Notes: generated by a model not told the origin, from the sequence alone. 64,000 nucleotides of DNA from Candidatus Zhuqueibacterota bacterium (GCA_022616415.1 JAKEEU010000332.1:1367-65366); one strand, 5' to 3'. Numbered from the stretch's first letter, positions 26,027 to 35,073 are shown. Translations and numbers: made by a program.

Positions 26027-28429
26027 ATGGCCAAAGATGAACAAAAACCGATGACCCGCGAAGAACTGCTTGCCATCATCGAGCAGGCCCGGCGCGAAAA
26101 CTGGGAAGGGCTTGACCTGCGTAGCAAGGGTATCACCGAACTGCCGCCGGAAATTGGGCAATTGAAAAAACTAAAAAGGCTGGATTTGGGGAATGAGTGG
26201 AATACGCCAGATGAACTCGACAATAAGTTAACACAACTCCCTGAAGAAATCGGCCAACTCAATAGCCTGCAGACGCTTGACCTGACCTATGTCAGACTGA
26301 CTGCTTTACCGGAGTCCGTCGGCCAACTCAAAAGCCTGAAGACGCTTGATCTGACCAGCAACGAACTGACCGCTCTGCCGGAATCCATCGGTCTGCTCAC
26401 CGACCTGCAGACACTTGATCTGCTCGAAAACCAATTGACCGCTTTGCCGGAGTCCATTGGCCAACTCACCTGCCTGCATGAGCTTTGCCTGCGCGACAAC
26501 AAACTGACCACTCTGCCAGTGTCCATCGGCCAACTCACCTGCCTGCAACGGCTTGACTTGGGAATTAATCAACTGACTGTTCTGCCGGAGTTCATCGGGC
26601 AGCTTACCAGCTTGCAACAGCTTTACCTGGACAACAACCAACTGACCGTTCTGCCGGAGTTCATCGGCCAGTTCACCAGCTTACAGACACTCCGCTTGGC
26701 GGCCACTGAACTAACCGCTCTGCCGGAGTCCATCGGCCGATTGACCAACTTAGAAAGCCTTGATATCAGTTATAACACAATAAAGGAACTACCAAATTTT
26801 ATTTGCTATCTTTCTCATTTGAAAGCCCTCAGCTTAACTGGTAATGATTTTACCGAAATGCCAGAATCACTCGGCAATTTACATGAATTAGAAGAAATAT
26901 TTATAGGTTCGATGGAAGACGAAAAAGAAAAAATTGAAAAATTTCCTACGTTTATCCGTCATCTAAAAAATCTTAAGTCCATCACAATCCACGACACCGA
27001 GATTCAATCAGTGCCTGATTGGCTCGGAACACTTACGCAAATAGAAGTTATAGATTTATCTGGAAATAAAGTCTTATCCATTCCATCTTCCATCGCACGG
27101 CTGGAGAAACTCAAAGATCTCCAACTTGATGGCAACCCCCTCAACCCCGCCCTACAGAGCGCCTACGATCAAGGCCTGCCAGCCCTTATGGCCTACCTGC
27201 GAAGTCTTGAGCAGGCCGAGCCACTTTATGAGTCCAAGCTGGTGCTGGTCGGCGAAGGTGGCGTGGGCAAGACGACTTTGCTCAAAGCGCTCACCGGCAA
27301 AGAGCCAAAGCAGAACGAGCCAACCACCCACGGCGTGAGCATTGACATCCACTCCATGCAACTGCCTCATCTCGAAAAACAGGGCGTCAACATCCAGTTC
27401 AACGCGTGGGATTTCGGCGGGCAGGAGGTTTACCGCGTCACGCATCAATTCTTCTTCAGCAAACGCTCGGTCTATCTGCTGGTCTGGGAGCCGCGCATGG
27501 GCGTGCAGCAATGTCAAGTGGAAGACTGGCTCAAGCTCATTCGCCTGCGCGTCGGCGATGATGCCAAAGTCATTATTATCTCCACCCATGCCAAAACCGG
27601 CGAGCGCATCGCCCGCATCGACCAGCCCGTGTTCCTTCGCGACTACGGCTCGATGATCGTCGATTTTATAGAAGTGGATAGCCTCGAGCCGGATCCCCAA
27701 AATAAAAATGAAAAATTCGGTATCGCGACGCTTAAGCAACTCATTGCCGATGCTGCCCAAAAACTCGAGCACATGGGCACGGACTTCGGCAAAGCTTGGA
27801 AAGAAGCTCGCGACGAGCTGATTGAGCTGGGGCAAACCCAGCCGCACGTCGCTTATGCACAATTTGCCGCCGTGTGCGAAAAGCATGGTTTGGAGAGCAT
27901 CGGCACGCGCACGCTTGCGGGAATCATGCACGATCTCGGCTATATCGTTTACTACGGCGACGACGAACGCCTGCGCAGCGATGTCGTGCTCCAACCCGAG
28001 TGGCTCACCAAAGCCATTGGCTTCGTGCTCGAAGATCGCAAGACGCAGGAAATGGACGGCATCCTACCCGACAACCGCCTACGCGAGGTTTTGTTCGACC
28101 ATCCTTTTCAGAACGAGCCAAAGTACCCGATGGAGTTGTACCCCTTCTTCCTGCGCCTGATGGAAAAGTACGACGTCTCCTACCGCCTCGAAAGCGGCGA
28201 GGCTTCGCTGGTCGCCCAACACGTGCCGCAGGTTCGCCCCGCATTGCCGTGGCAGCCGGAAGAAGCGCATCATCCCGACCGCCGCCGCATTGCGATGGTG
28301 TGCGTGATGGAAGAATCGCCGCCCGGCTTGGTGCCGTGGATGATCGTGCGCACGCATGAATACGCCTATGATTCCAACGGCCATCGCCTGCACTGGCAGA
28401 AAGGCGCGTTCCTGAAATATAAAGATTAG
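26027..28429 (+). CDS. ROCO protein, N-terminal part: LRR repeats, Roc GTPase, COR-A and the start of COR-B. It ends at an in-frame TAG.
   Basis: At least 12 LRR units of 23 aa (LTALPESIGQLTxLQxLDLxxNQ). Roc G-domain motifs are LVLVGEGGVGKTTLLKAL and WDFGGQEVY. COR-like sequence follows, up to HWQKGAFLKYKD. Confidence 0.85.
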   Translation: MAKDEQKPMTREELLAIIEQARRENWEGLDLRSKGITELPPEIGQLKKLKRLDLGNEWNTPDELDNKLTQLPEEIGQLNSLQTLDLTYVRLTALPESVGQLKSLKTLDLTSNELTALPESIGLLTDLQTLDLLENQLTALPESIGQLTCLHELCLRDNKLTTLPVSIGQLTCLQRLDLGINQLTVLPEFIGQLTSLQQLYLDNNQLTVLPEFIGQFTSLQTLRLAATELTALPESIGRLTNLESLDISYNTIKELPNFICYLSHLKALSLTGNDFTEMPESLGNLHELEEIFIGSMEDEKEKIEKFPTFIRHLKNLKSITIHDTEIQSVPDWLGTLTQIEVIDLSGNKVLSIPSSIARLEKLKDLQLDGNPLNPALQSAYDQGLPALMAYLRSLEQAEPLYESKLVLVGEGGVGKTTLLKALTGKEPKQNEPTTHGVSIDIHSMQLPHLEKQGVNIQFNAWDFGGQEVYRVTHQFFFSKRSVYLLVWEPRMGVQQCQVEDWLKLIRLRVGDDAKVIIISTHAKTGERIARIDQPVFLRDYGSMIVDFIEVDSLEPDPQNKNEKFGIATLKQLIADAAQKLEHMGTDFGKAWKEARDELIELGQTQPHVAYAQFAAVCEKHGLESIGTRTLAGIMHDLGYIVYYGDDERLRSDVVLQPEWLTKAIGFVLEDRKTQEMDGILPDNRLREVLFDHPFQNEPKYPMELYPFFLRLMEKYDVSYRLESGEASLVAQHVPQVRPALPWQPEEAHHPDRRRIAMVCVMEESPPGLVPWMIVRTHEYAYDSNGHRLHWQKGAFLKYKD

Positions 28430-28438
28430 GGGGAAGCG

Positions 28439-29422
28439 ATGTTGGAACTACGCGACCGCGAATTTCACGTCTATACTCAGGCCGAAGGCTATCCAGAATT
28501 TTTTGGGAATATCCTTCGCCAAACTCTGCAGAAATTAATCACTGATAACTGGCCAGGCTTGGAGGGGCGCTATCATTTTGCCGTTCCCTGCAAAACCCGA
28601 AAGGATGGCAATAATTGCAAAGGCCGTTTCCGTATTGACGCCCTCGGGCGGTTTAAACAAAGAGGCATGTCAGAAATTCCTTGCCAGACATGCTACGAGC
28701 CACAGAATATTCTCGAATTGCTTTACGGATTCGAAGAAGAGAATCCACGTGAACAACTGGCCCGCATTGAGAGCAAAATCGGGATCGGCTTCGACGCGCT
28801 ACAACAGCAAGTATTCGGCTTGGAAAGCAGGCTTGCGAACTCTGTCATGGGCATCATGCACGCCATCGCCAGCGAATCCAAAGACGGCCCACGGCTGTTC
28901 AACATCATCGCGACTGAAGGCAACTGGCATGCCGAGCGTTTTCGGCTCCATCTGTGGTGCGAAGCTGAAGGTTGCTCGCATCCCGTTCTTGAAGAAGGCA
29001 AAGGTGTTTATGAATTCGAAGCCACGCGGGAGTGGATTAAGAAGATCGCGCCGTATGCCAATTTTGTTGCCGGCGTGCTGAAAACTCTTTTGCCGATGGT
29101 CGCGCCCGCGGTGAACACCTTTTGGGGCGAGAAGACGATTGAAAAATTAGGCCTGCAAGATAAATTGGATCTCATGAAAGAGGGTACCGGCAATCTGCTC
29201 AAAGACATCAAGATTTCCGATCCCTCGCGGCTGCGGCAACATGTGCTGAGCGAGGCCGAGCGCTCCGGCGTGCTGGCGCTGCACGCGTTCCTGCGCGAAG
29301 TCGATCCGCATCACGAAAAACTCGGATTGAAGCGTATTCCGACGTACACCGGCGATTATCTGAGGCTCTGCGAGAAACATTATGAACTGAGCCAGTCGAA
29401 GATTCCGGATAAAATTGAGTGA
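28439..29422 (+). CDS. ROCO continuation: rest of COR-B with a Cys-rich insert, plus a ~230-aa C-terminal domain of unknown function
   Basis: It is in the same frame as 26027..28429, separated only by TAG GGG GAA GCG. The N-terminus (LELRDREFHVYTQAEG...FAVPCKTRKDGNNCKGRF...IPCQTCYEPQNILELLYG) reads as the end of a COR domain. Confidence 0.7.
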   Translation: MLELRDREFHVYTQAEGYPEFFGNILRQTLQKLITDNWPGLEGRYHFAVPCKTRKDGNNCKGRFRIDALGRFKQRGMSEIPCQTCYEPQNILELLYGFEEENPREQLARIESKIGIGFDALQQQVFGLESRLANSVMGIMHAIASESKDGPRLFNIIATEGNWHAERFRLHLWCEAEGCSHPVLEEGKGVYEFEATREWIKKIAPYANFVAGVLKTLLPMVAPAVNTFWGEKTIEKLGLQDKLDLMKEGTGNLLKDIKISDPSRLRQHVLSEAERSGVLALHAFLREVDPHHEKLGLKRIPTYTGDYLRLCEKHYELSQSKIPDKIE

Positions 29423-29438
29423 GAGATTATTTCCGTGC

Positions 29439-29467
29439 TTGATTATTTACGGTTTTTCGGCTATATT
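29439..29467 (+). promoter_or_regulatory. Sigma70-type promoter, copy 2 of the repeated promoter module
   Basis: TTGATT (29439-29444), a 17-nt spacer, then TATATT (29462-29467). The surrounding ~38 nt (CGTGCTTGAYTATTTNNGGTTTTTCGGCTATATTGC) is nearly identical to 25134-25170. Confidence 0.55.
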
Positions 29468-29514
29468 GCGAGAGAGACAAAATTGCGCTTTTCTAAAATG
29501 GAGAACTATAACCT

Positions 29515-29883
29515 ATGAGCAAAATAATTGAAGAAACCACTGCTAACGGTTTAGTTGTGCCCAATACCGTTCTTGAACAAGGGGGCATTGAAGAAGGCAC
29601 CAAAGTCGTTATTGAATCTTACAATAAAACCATCGTTATTAAGCCGGAAGCATTAAACGCGCGTGACATTGCCAAGCGCGCACGTATTTTTCTTTTGTGG
29701 AAAGTTGGCGATGCTACCGACGTGAAATTGCCAATCAAAGAAGGCAATAAATGGCGCGTGACAGTGGTGCTGCCTTATTTGAAAAAAGAACTGGGGCAAC
29801 TTACTTATACACTTGATGGCACGTTAGTTCCTGAAGAATCGAATACGGCTGAGCAGTTGAAGGCGAAAGCGAATGAAGATTGA
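29515..29883 (+). CDS. AbrB/MazE/SpoVT-like small protein (putative antitoxin/regulator)
   Basis: The N-terminus LVVPNTVLEQGGIEEGTKVVIESYNKTIVIKP resembles a swapped-hairpin beta-barrel. It overlaps the next ORF by 11 nt. Confidence 0.5.
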   Translation: MSKIIEETTANGLVVPNTVLEQGGIEEGTKVVIESYNKTIVIKPEALNARDIAKRARIFLLWKVGDATDVKLPIKEGNKWRVTVVLPYLKKELGQLTYTLDGTLVPEESNTAEQLKAKANED

Positions 29884-30331
29884 TCTACAGCCTTTTCTGC
29901 AAGAGAACAATGCAACTTGCTTGCCGGCTTGCCTCAGAATCGTGCTTCATTATTTTGGTGTTGACATGTCTGAAGAATTGCTGGCCGAAACATGCCAAAC
30001 CAACCGAGAAGGCACGAGCATTGAAATGGCGGCGCAAGCCATGCGTTCGCAAAATTTTGAAGCGTTAGAGTTGAACGAGGCGGATTTGTTCACGCTTGTC
30101 GAGCATATAGTTAAAGGCCGGCCCGTGATCGTTGCGTTGGATGTTGGGCTGCTGCCATACGGTGAATCCGGTATGCACGCAGTTGCCATTTGTGGCTTTG
30201 AAAACAATGAGGTGCAATATATTGACCCAGCCTTGGGGCAGGAAATATCTTTAGACCTCTTCACCTTTTTTAAATCATGGGATTCTCTTGGCCGCAGCGG
30301 TTTAGCCATCCATCCAAAATCAAACTCATAA
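29873..30331 (+). CDS. Peptidase C39-like (papain-fold cysteine peptidase) domain protein
   Basis: QENNATCLPACLRIVLHYFG is a candidate catalytic Cys context, GMHAVAICGFENNEVQYIDP a candidate His context. At 152 aa it is a stand-alone domain. Confidence 0.55.
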   Translation: MKIDLQPFLQENNATCLPACLRIVLHYFGVDMSEELLAETCQTNREGTSIEMAAQAMRSQNFEALELNEADLFTLVEHIVKGRPVIVALDVGLLPYGESGMHAVAICGFENNEVQYIDPALGQEISLDLFTFFKSWDSLGRSGLAIHPKSNS

Positions 30332-30355
30332 CCACAAAAATTTTTGGAGCAAAAT

Positions 30356-31837
30356 ATGCTCACCCAAATGTGGATTAACGGCGAGTTCGTCAACAGTTCC
30401 AGCCAACAACGTTTTGACGTCATTAACCCAGCGACAGAAGAAGTCATCGCCACCGTGCCGCGCGGCAATGCGGCGGATGCGGAGAAAGCCGTGGCTGCAG
30501 CGAATGCGGCATTCAAATGCTGGCGCAAGCTCGGCAGTCTCGATGTGAAAGACATGCTCCGCGAAGTCGCGCACAAGCTGCGCGCGAAAAGCGAAGACTT
30601 CGCGACACTCATGACGATGGAAGGCGGCAAGCCGCTCATCGAAAACCGCGATGAGGTGGAGTGGGTGGCTTCGTGTTTTGAATATTACTCTGAAATCGGC
30701 CGCGACCAAAAAGGCCGCGTCGTCGCGCCGGTATTCGAGCATCAACTCAGCTACATCAGCAAAGAGCCGTATGGCACCGTCGCCGCGATTGTGCCGTGGA
30801 ACTATCCTCTCCTTTTATTAGGATGGAAAGTGGCGCCCGCTCTCGCCGCCGGCAATACCGTCGTCATCAAGCCTTCCGAATATACGCCGCTTTCAACCCT
30901 CGCGCTCGCGCAAATTTTTGATCATCTCCCCAAAGGTGTCGTGAGCATCGTTACCGGTTTCGGCAAAGAATGCGGCGAGCCGCTCGTCACTTCCAAAGGC
31001 ACGGATCTCATCGCCTTCACCGGCAGCGTCGACACCGGCCGGCACATCGCGGTGCTCGCGGCGCAGCAACTCAAAAAAACGCATCTTGAGCTTGGCGGCA
31101 ACGATCCGTTCATCGTCTGCGACGACGTCGATGTTGACATCACCGTGGCTGCCGGTGCATGGGCCGCATTTCTCAACGCCGGACAAGTTTGCACTTCTGC
31201 CGAGCGCTTCTACGTGCTCGAACCCATCGCCAAAAAATTCATCGAGGGCATGGTTGAAACGAGCAAGAAACTTCGTCTCGGCAATCCGATGGGACCGGAT
31301 GTCGACATGGGGCCGTTGGTTCGTGAAGTCCAACGTCAAAAAGTCGAGGCCAAAGTCGCGCGCGCGAAACAACAGGGCGCAAAAATTTTGAGTGGTGGCA
31401 AACGCCCGCCGCAATTCTCGAAAGGCTATTTCTACGAGCCGACAGTGATCACCGAAGTGACACCGGAAATGGAACTCATGCGCAGCGAAACTTTCGGCCC
31501 GGTTGCGCCGATTCAAGTGGTGAAAGATATAAATGAAGCGATCGAACTCGCCAACAATTCCGAATATGGTCTCGGCGCTTCCATTTTCACAAACGATTTG
31601 GAAAAAGCACTGACCGCGGCGGAGAACATCAAAGCCGGCACGTTCTGGATCAACGATCCGCTCACCGACAACGACGCCGCGCCGTTCGGCGGCATGCGCG
31701 CCAGCGGCCACGGCCGCGAGCTGGGCATCGAAGGCCTCGACGAATTTCGCGAGCCGAAACACGTGCTCATCGACTACAAAATCGAGCGCAAGAAATATTG
31801 GTTCCCCTACAATTGGAGCGGGCCGAGGAAAACATAA
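30356..31837 (+). CDS. NAD(P)-dependent aldehyde dehydrogenase
   Basis: WNYPLLLLGWKVAPALAAGNTVVIKPSE, FTGSVDTGRHI, ELGGNDPFIV, and catalytic Cys context NAGQVCTSAERFYV. The ATG at 30356 is preceded by GGAG. Confidence 0.9.
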   Translation: MLTQMWINGEFVNSSSQQRFDVINPATEEVIATVPRGNAADAEKAVAAANAAFKCWRKLGSLDVKDMLREVAHKLRAKSEDFATLMTMEGGKPLIENRDEVEWVASCFEYYSEIGRDQKGRVVAPVFEHQLSYISKEPYGTVAAIVPWNYPLLLLGWKVAPALAAGNTVVIKPSEYTPLSTLALAQIFDHLPKGVVSIVTGFGKECGEPLVTSKGTDLIAFTGSVDTGRHIAVLAAQQLKKTHLELGGNDPFIVCDDVDVDITVAAGAWAAFLNAGQVCTSAERFYVLEPIAKKFIEGMVETSKKLRLGNPMGPDVDMGPLVREVQRQKVEAKVARAKQQGAKILSGGKRPPQFSKGYFYEPTVITEVTPEMELMRSETFGPVAPIQVVKDINEAIELANNSEYGLGASIFTNDLEKALTAAENIKAGTFWINDPLTDNDAAPFGGMRASGHGRELGIEGLDEFREPKHVLIDYKIERKKYWFPYNWSGPRKT

Positions 31838-31886
31838 AAAGCAAACAGCAAAAGGCAAAAAGAAATTCATTTTACGGAGAGTAACT

Positions 31887-32693
31887 ATGATTTCTCGAAA
31901 GACAGTGCTATATCTGCTGTTCGGACTCGCGCTGGCGCTGGGTTGTGGCGAAAAGAGTCCTTTGCCCACCGGCCGTTGGGTCGATCTGAGTTACGATTTC
32001 TCCTCGGCAACGATTTACTGGCCCACCGCCGAGCCTTTCAGATTGGATTCCGTCGCCGGAGGCTTCACGGAAAAAGGCTATTATTACGCCGCCAACAATT
32101 TTCGCTCGGCCGAGCATGGGGGCACTCACATCGACTCCCCGATTCATTTCGCCGCTGACCGCATGACCGTCGATCAAATTCCTCTCGAACAGCTCATCAG
32201 CTCGGCCGTGTTGATCGACGTTTCGGAAAAAGCCCAAGGCAATCGCGACTATCAAATCACCACCGAAGATTTCACCGCCTGGGAATCGCAACACGAAAAA
32301 ATTCCCGACAGATCCATCGTGCTCCTGCGCACCGGCTATCACCGTTTCTGGCCGGATCGCGTTCGATACATGGGCACCGACAAGCGCGGCCAGGAAGGCG
32401 TTGCCGCGCTGCATTTCCCCGGCCTGCATCCTGACGCCGCGCGTTGGCTGGTGGAGAATCGCCAAATCAACGCCATCGGCTTGGATACGCCGAGCATCGA
32501 TTACGGCCAATCGCAGCTTTTTGAGAGCCATCAAACTCTTTTTGCCAAAAATATTCCGGCCTTTGAAAACGTCGCCAATCTCGATCAATTGCCGCCCACG
32601 GGGGCGCTTGTGTTCGCGTTGCCGATGAAAATAAAAGGCGGCAGCGGCGGCCCGCTGCGGATCGTGGCGCTGGTACCCAACAACGTGGAGTGA
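31887..32693 (+). CDS. Cyclase-family protein (kynurenine formamidase-like), probable lipoprotein
   Basis: Lipobox LALALGCGE. The motif SAEHGGTHIDSPIHF is typical of the putative cyclase / arylformamidase family. Confidence 0.75.
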   Translation: MISRKTVLYLLFGLALALGCGEKSPLPTGRWVDLSYDFSSATIYWPTAEPFRLDSVAGGFTEKGYYYAANNFRSAEHGGTHIDSPIHFAADRMTVDQIPLEQLISSAVLIDVSEKAQGNRDYQITTEDFTAWESQHEKIPDRSIVLLRTGYHRFWPDRVRYMGTDKRGQEGVAALHFPGLHPDAARWLVENRQINAIGLDTPSIDYGQSQLFESHQTLFAKNIPAFENVANLDQLPPTGALVFALPMKIKGGSGGPLRIVALVPNNVE

Positions 32694-32695
32694 TG

Positions 32696-32825
32696 GATTA
32701 CTGTGGAGATGGATTATTGGATCGATGGATTGATGGAGTTTAGCACCGCATTACTCCAACACTCCATTACTCCAATAATCCATATATCCAGCCATCCATC
32801 AATCCTGTAATCCAAATGATTCATT
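32696..32825. repeat. Octamer-periodic imperfect palindrome (NNATGGAT units facing TCCANNNN units)
   Basis: Left half: TGATGGAT TACTGTGG AGATGGAT TATTGGAT CGATGGAT TGATGGAG. Right half: TCCAACAC TCCATTAC TCCAATAA TCCATATA TCCAGCCA TCCATCAA TCCTGTAA TCCAAATG. The halves are largely reverse-complementary. Confidence 0.7.
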
Positions 32826-32870
32826 AATCTATTCTCACAGTTTCATATCCAAATTTCAAGGAGGCTTTTT

Positions 32871-33467
32871 ATGAAATCGTTTTTTCGCACAGCGCAAATC
32901 GTGTTATCGATCGTGGTTTCTCTTGCGCTCGTAAGCTGCAGCAAGCAAGAAGAACCTCAAACCGCGGCCTCGGAAGACAACAAGGCCGCAACTGCCGAAG
33001 CACCGGCGGCTGGTGATCGCGGCACTGCCAACGCGACATTTGGGAGTGCAACGGTCAGCATCGATTATGGGCGCCCACAACTGGAAGGCCGTGACATGCT
33101 GGCGCAAGCCACCGACGGCATGGTATGGCGCATGGGCATGAACGAAGCCACGGAAATCAAAACCGACGCCGAGCTCAAATTCGGCGACACGGTTATTCCG
33201 GCAGGCTCCTACTCGCTATGGATGAAGAAAATCAGTGCCGACCAATGGCACCTCATTTTCAACAAGAAAACCGGCATCTGGGGTACGGAACATTCCGAGG
33301 CGGATGATTTCGCCGAAGTGCCGTTGACGATGTCAACCAATCCCGAATCGGTCGAGGCTTTCACCGTCGAGCTGGCGGCTTCGGATGAAACGACCGGCAC
33401 ACTTAAGGCGATGTGGGGCACGGCAATCTTGTCGGCGGATTTTACGGCAAGCGCCGACGCGATGTAA
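32871..33467 (+). CDS. DUF2911-domain lipoprotein
   Basis: Lipobox SLALVSCSK. VSIDYGRPQLEGRDM...VWRMGMNEATEIKTDAELKFGDTVIPAGSYSLWM matches the DUF2911 pattern. Confidence 0.65.
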   Translation: MKSFFRTAQIVLSIVVSLALVSCSKQEEPQTAASEDNKAATAEAPAAGDRGTANATFGSATVSIDYGRPQLEGRDMLAQATDGMVWRMGMNEATEIKTDAELKFGDTVIPAGSYSLWMKKISADQWHLIFNKKTGIWGTEHSEADDFAEVPLTMSTNPESVEAFTVELAASDETTGTLKAMWGTAILSADFTASADAM

Positions 33468-33756
33468 TATTAGGGCGGCGGGAATAGGACGCCGTGCATC
33501 ATCGTTCAAGTTGGATGGCGGGTGGGTGTTAGTTTTTCGGGTAGGTTGTACTGAAGCCCTAACAGGCGTCTCGTTCTTAAAAAGAATTGCCCAAGGGATA
33601 AACTGCGGCCAACGGAAGAGCAACTTTCCAACTTTAAGAAGCTCCAAAGGCCAGTAAGGCGCATGGAGTCTCTTTTCTTCACCCAGATTGATGAAACCCA
33701 CGGTTTTCTTGCACGCATCATCCGTGGTTTTTTCAATCCGTAGGAGGGAATCAAAA

Positions 33757-34728
33757 ATGAAAAGCTTCTTCTCCAGATCCGTTGGTCGCTTTTTATCTGT
33801 TGGACTTAAGCGGAGCACGAAAATGCGAATGATGAAGCACGTTCTGACGTGTATCGGGATTTTATCCGTCAGCCTCTCTCCCGTTGCGGCGCAAGACTTC
33901 TGGTCATGGTGGGGCGATGGCAAAGGTGAACTGTCCTCGTACAAAGTCGTAGTGTCCCGTTACGGCGAATTACGCGAAGGTTACTCCGTGCTGGTTTTCG
34001 TAACCGAGGACATCTCTCGCACCACCCGCATCAAAGACGATTCCGGCACACTGCCGCCGGCGGATCGCGCACCGGTGCTGAAGCTCAACCGCGCCGTCAA
34101 ATTCACCACCGGTATTTACGATTACTCCATTCTCACGTCAACTTTCAGCAGCGTGAATTCTGAGCTTGACCGCAAGCCGTTTGAGCCGCTTAAAATTTCC
34201 TTCTCGGCGCAGGAATGGTGCGGCCACGTTTTTCAAATGTTGATTCCGCAGCGCGATCAAGTTGAGTTCACACTGCACAGCTATTTTCAAGGTGAGGGCG
34301 ACCAGAAGCGCACGATCAAATTGCCGCCGAATGCGGCCTTTGAAGATAATCTGCCAATCTGGATTCGCGAATTAAACGGCGAAGTGCTGGCCGCTGGACG
34401 ACGCCGTGAGCTGCAATTTCTTCCCAGCGCCTGGTTTTTGCGGGCAGCGCACAAACCGGCGGATTTTCAATCCGGCTGGATTATGAAAGAAGAAGGCGAA
34501 GCGCTAAAAGGGACGAACGGCAGCGCGCCAACTTGGCGCTGGACATGGCAGGTCGGCAATCGCAAGGAAACTTATTGGGTGGAGAAGGCCTATCCGCGCC
34601 GCATCATCAAATGGAATTCCAGCGACGGCGGCAAAGGCGAGATCATAAAAACGCTGCGCCTGCCGTATTGGCAATTGCACGGCAATGATGATTTGCCGTA
34701 TCGCGAGCAGCTTGGCGTGCCGAAGTAA
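33757..34728 (+). CDS. Hypothetical secreted protein
   Basis: The ATG at 33757 is preceded by AGGAGGG. A hydrophobic signal-like segment HVLTCIGILSVSLSPVAAQ is present. No family was recognised. The track ORF starts at 33688. Confidence 0.5.
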   Translation: MKSFFSRSVGRFLSVGLKRSTKMRMMKHVLTCIGILSVSLSPVAAQDFWSWWGDGKGELSSYKVVVSRYGELREGYSVLVFVTEDISRTTRIKDDSGTLPPADRAPVLKLNRAVKFTTGIYDYSILTSTFSSVNSELDRKPFEPLKISFSAQEWCGHVFQMLIPQRDQVEFTLHSYFQGEGDQKRTIKLPPNAAFEDNLPIWIRELNGEVLAAGRRRELQFLPSAWFLRAAHKPADFQSGWIMKEEGEALKGTNGSAPTWRWTWQVGNRKETYWVEKAYPRRIIKWNSSDGGKGEIIKTLRLPYWQLHGNDDLPYREQLGVPK

Positions 34729-34797
34729 CCCAGATGGCTCGTCTGGAAAGGTCTAAATCATCCTTGAAAAAGTGGGAGAATATGCCTATAATTATTT

Positions 34798-35073
34798 ATG
34801 GAATTCACCTGGGACGAAAAGAAAAGGAAAACCAACGTTAGGAAGCGTGGTTTGGACTTCGCCGACGCGGAAATGGTTTTCGCTGGTGCGACGTTTACTT
34901 TTGAAGATGACCGTTTTGATTATGGAGAACAACGATTCATCACGATAGGATTATTACGAGGTATCGTTGTCGTGATTGCCCATACTGAGGGAGACGAAAC
35001 GGTTCGTATTATTTCAATGCGAAAGGCCACCAAACATGAACAAGAAATATTCTTCGAAAGCCTCTCAAACTGA
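34798..35073 (+). CDS. brnT: BrnT-family ribonuclease toxin (DUF497)
   Basis: MEFTWDEKKRKTNVRKRGLDFADAEMVF...FITIGLLRGIVVVIAHTE...IRIISMRKATKHE is the canonical BrnT pattern. Confidence 0.8.
   Translation: MEFTWDEKKRKTNVRKRGLDFADAEMVFAGATFTFEDDRFDYGEQRFITIGLLRGIVVVIAHTEGDETVRIISMRKATKHEQEIFFESLSN

Noticed and set aside
26280-26720. Regular ~69-nt DNA periodicity that could be mistaken for a CRISPR-like or tandem-repeat array.
   Set aside because: The period equals one 23-aa leucine-rich repeat of the ROCO protein. The repeats are in frame and coding, and there are no unique spacers.
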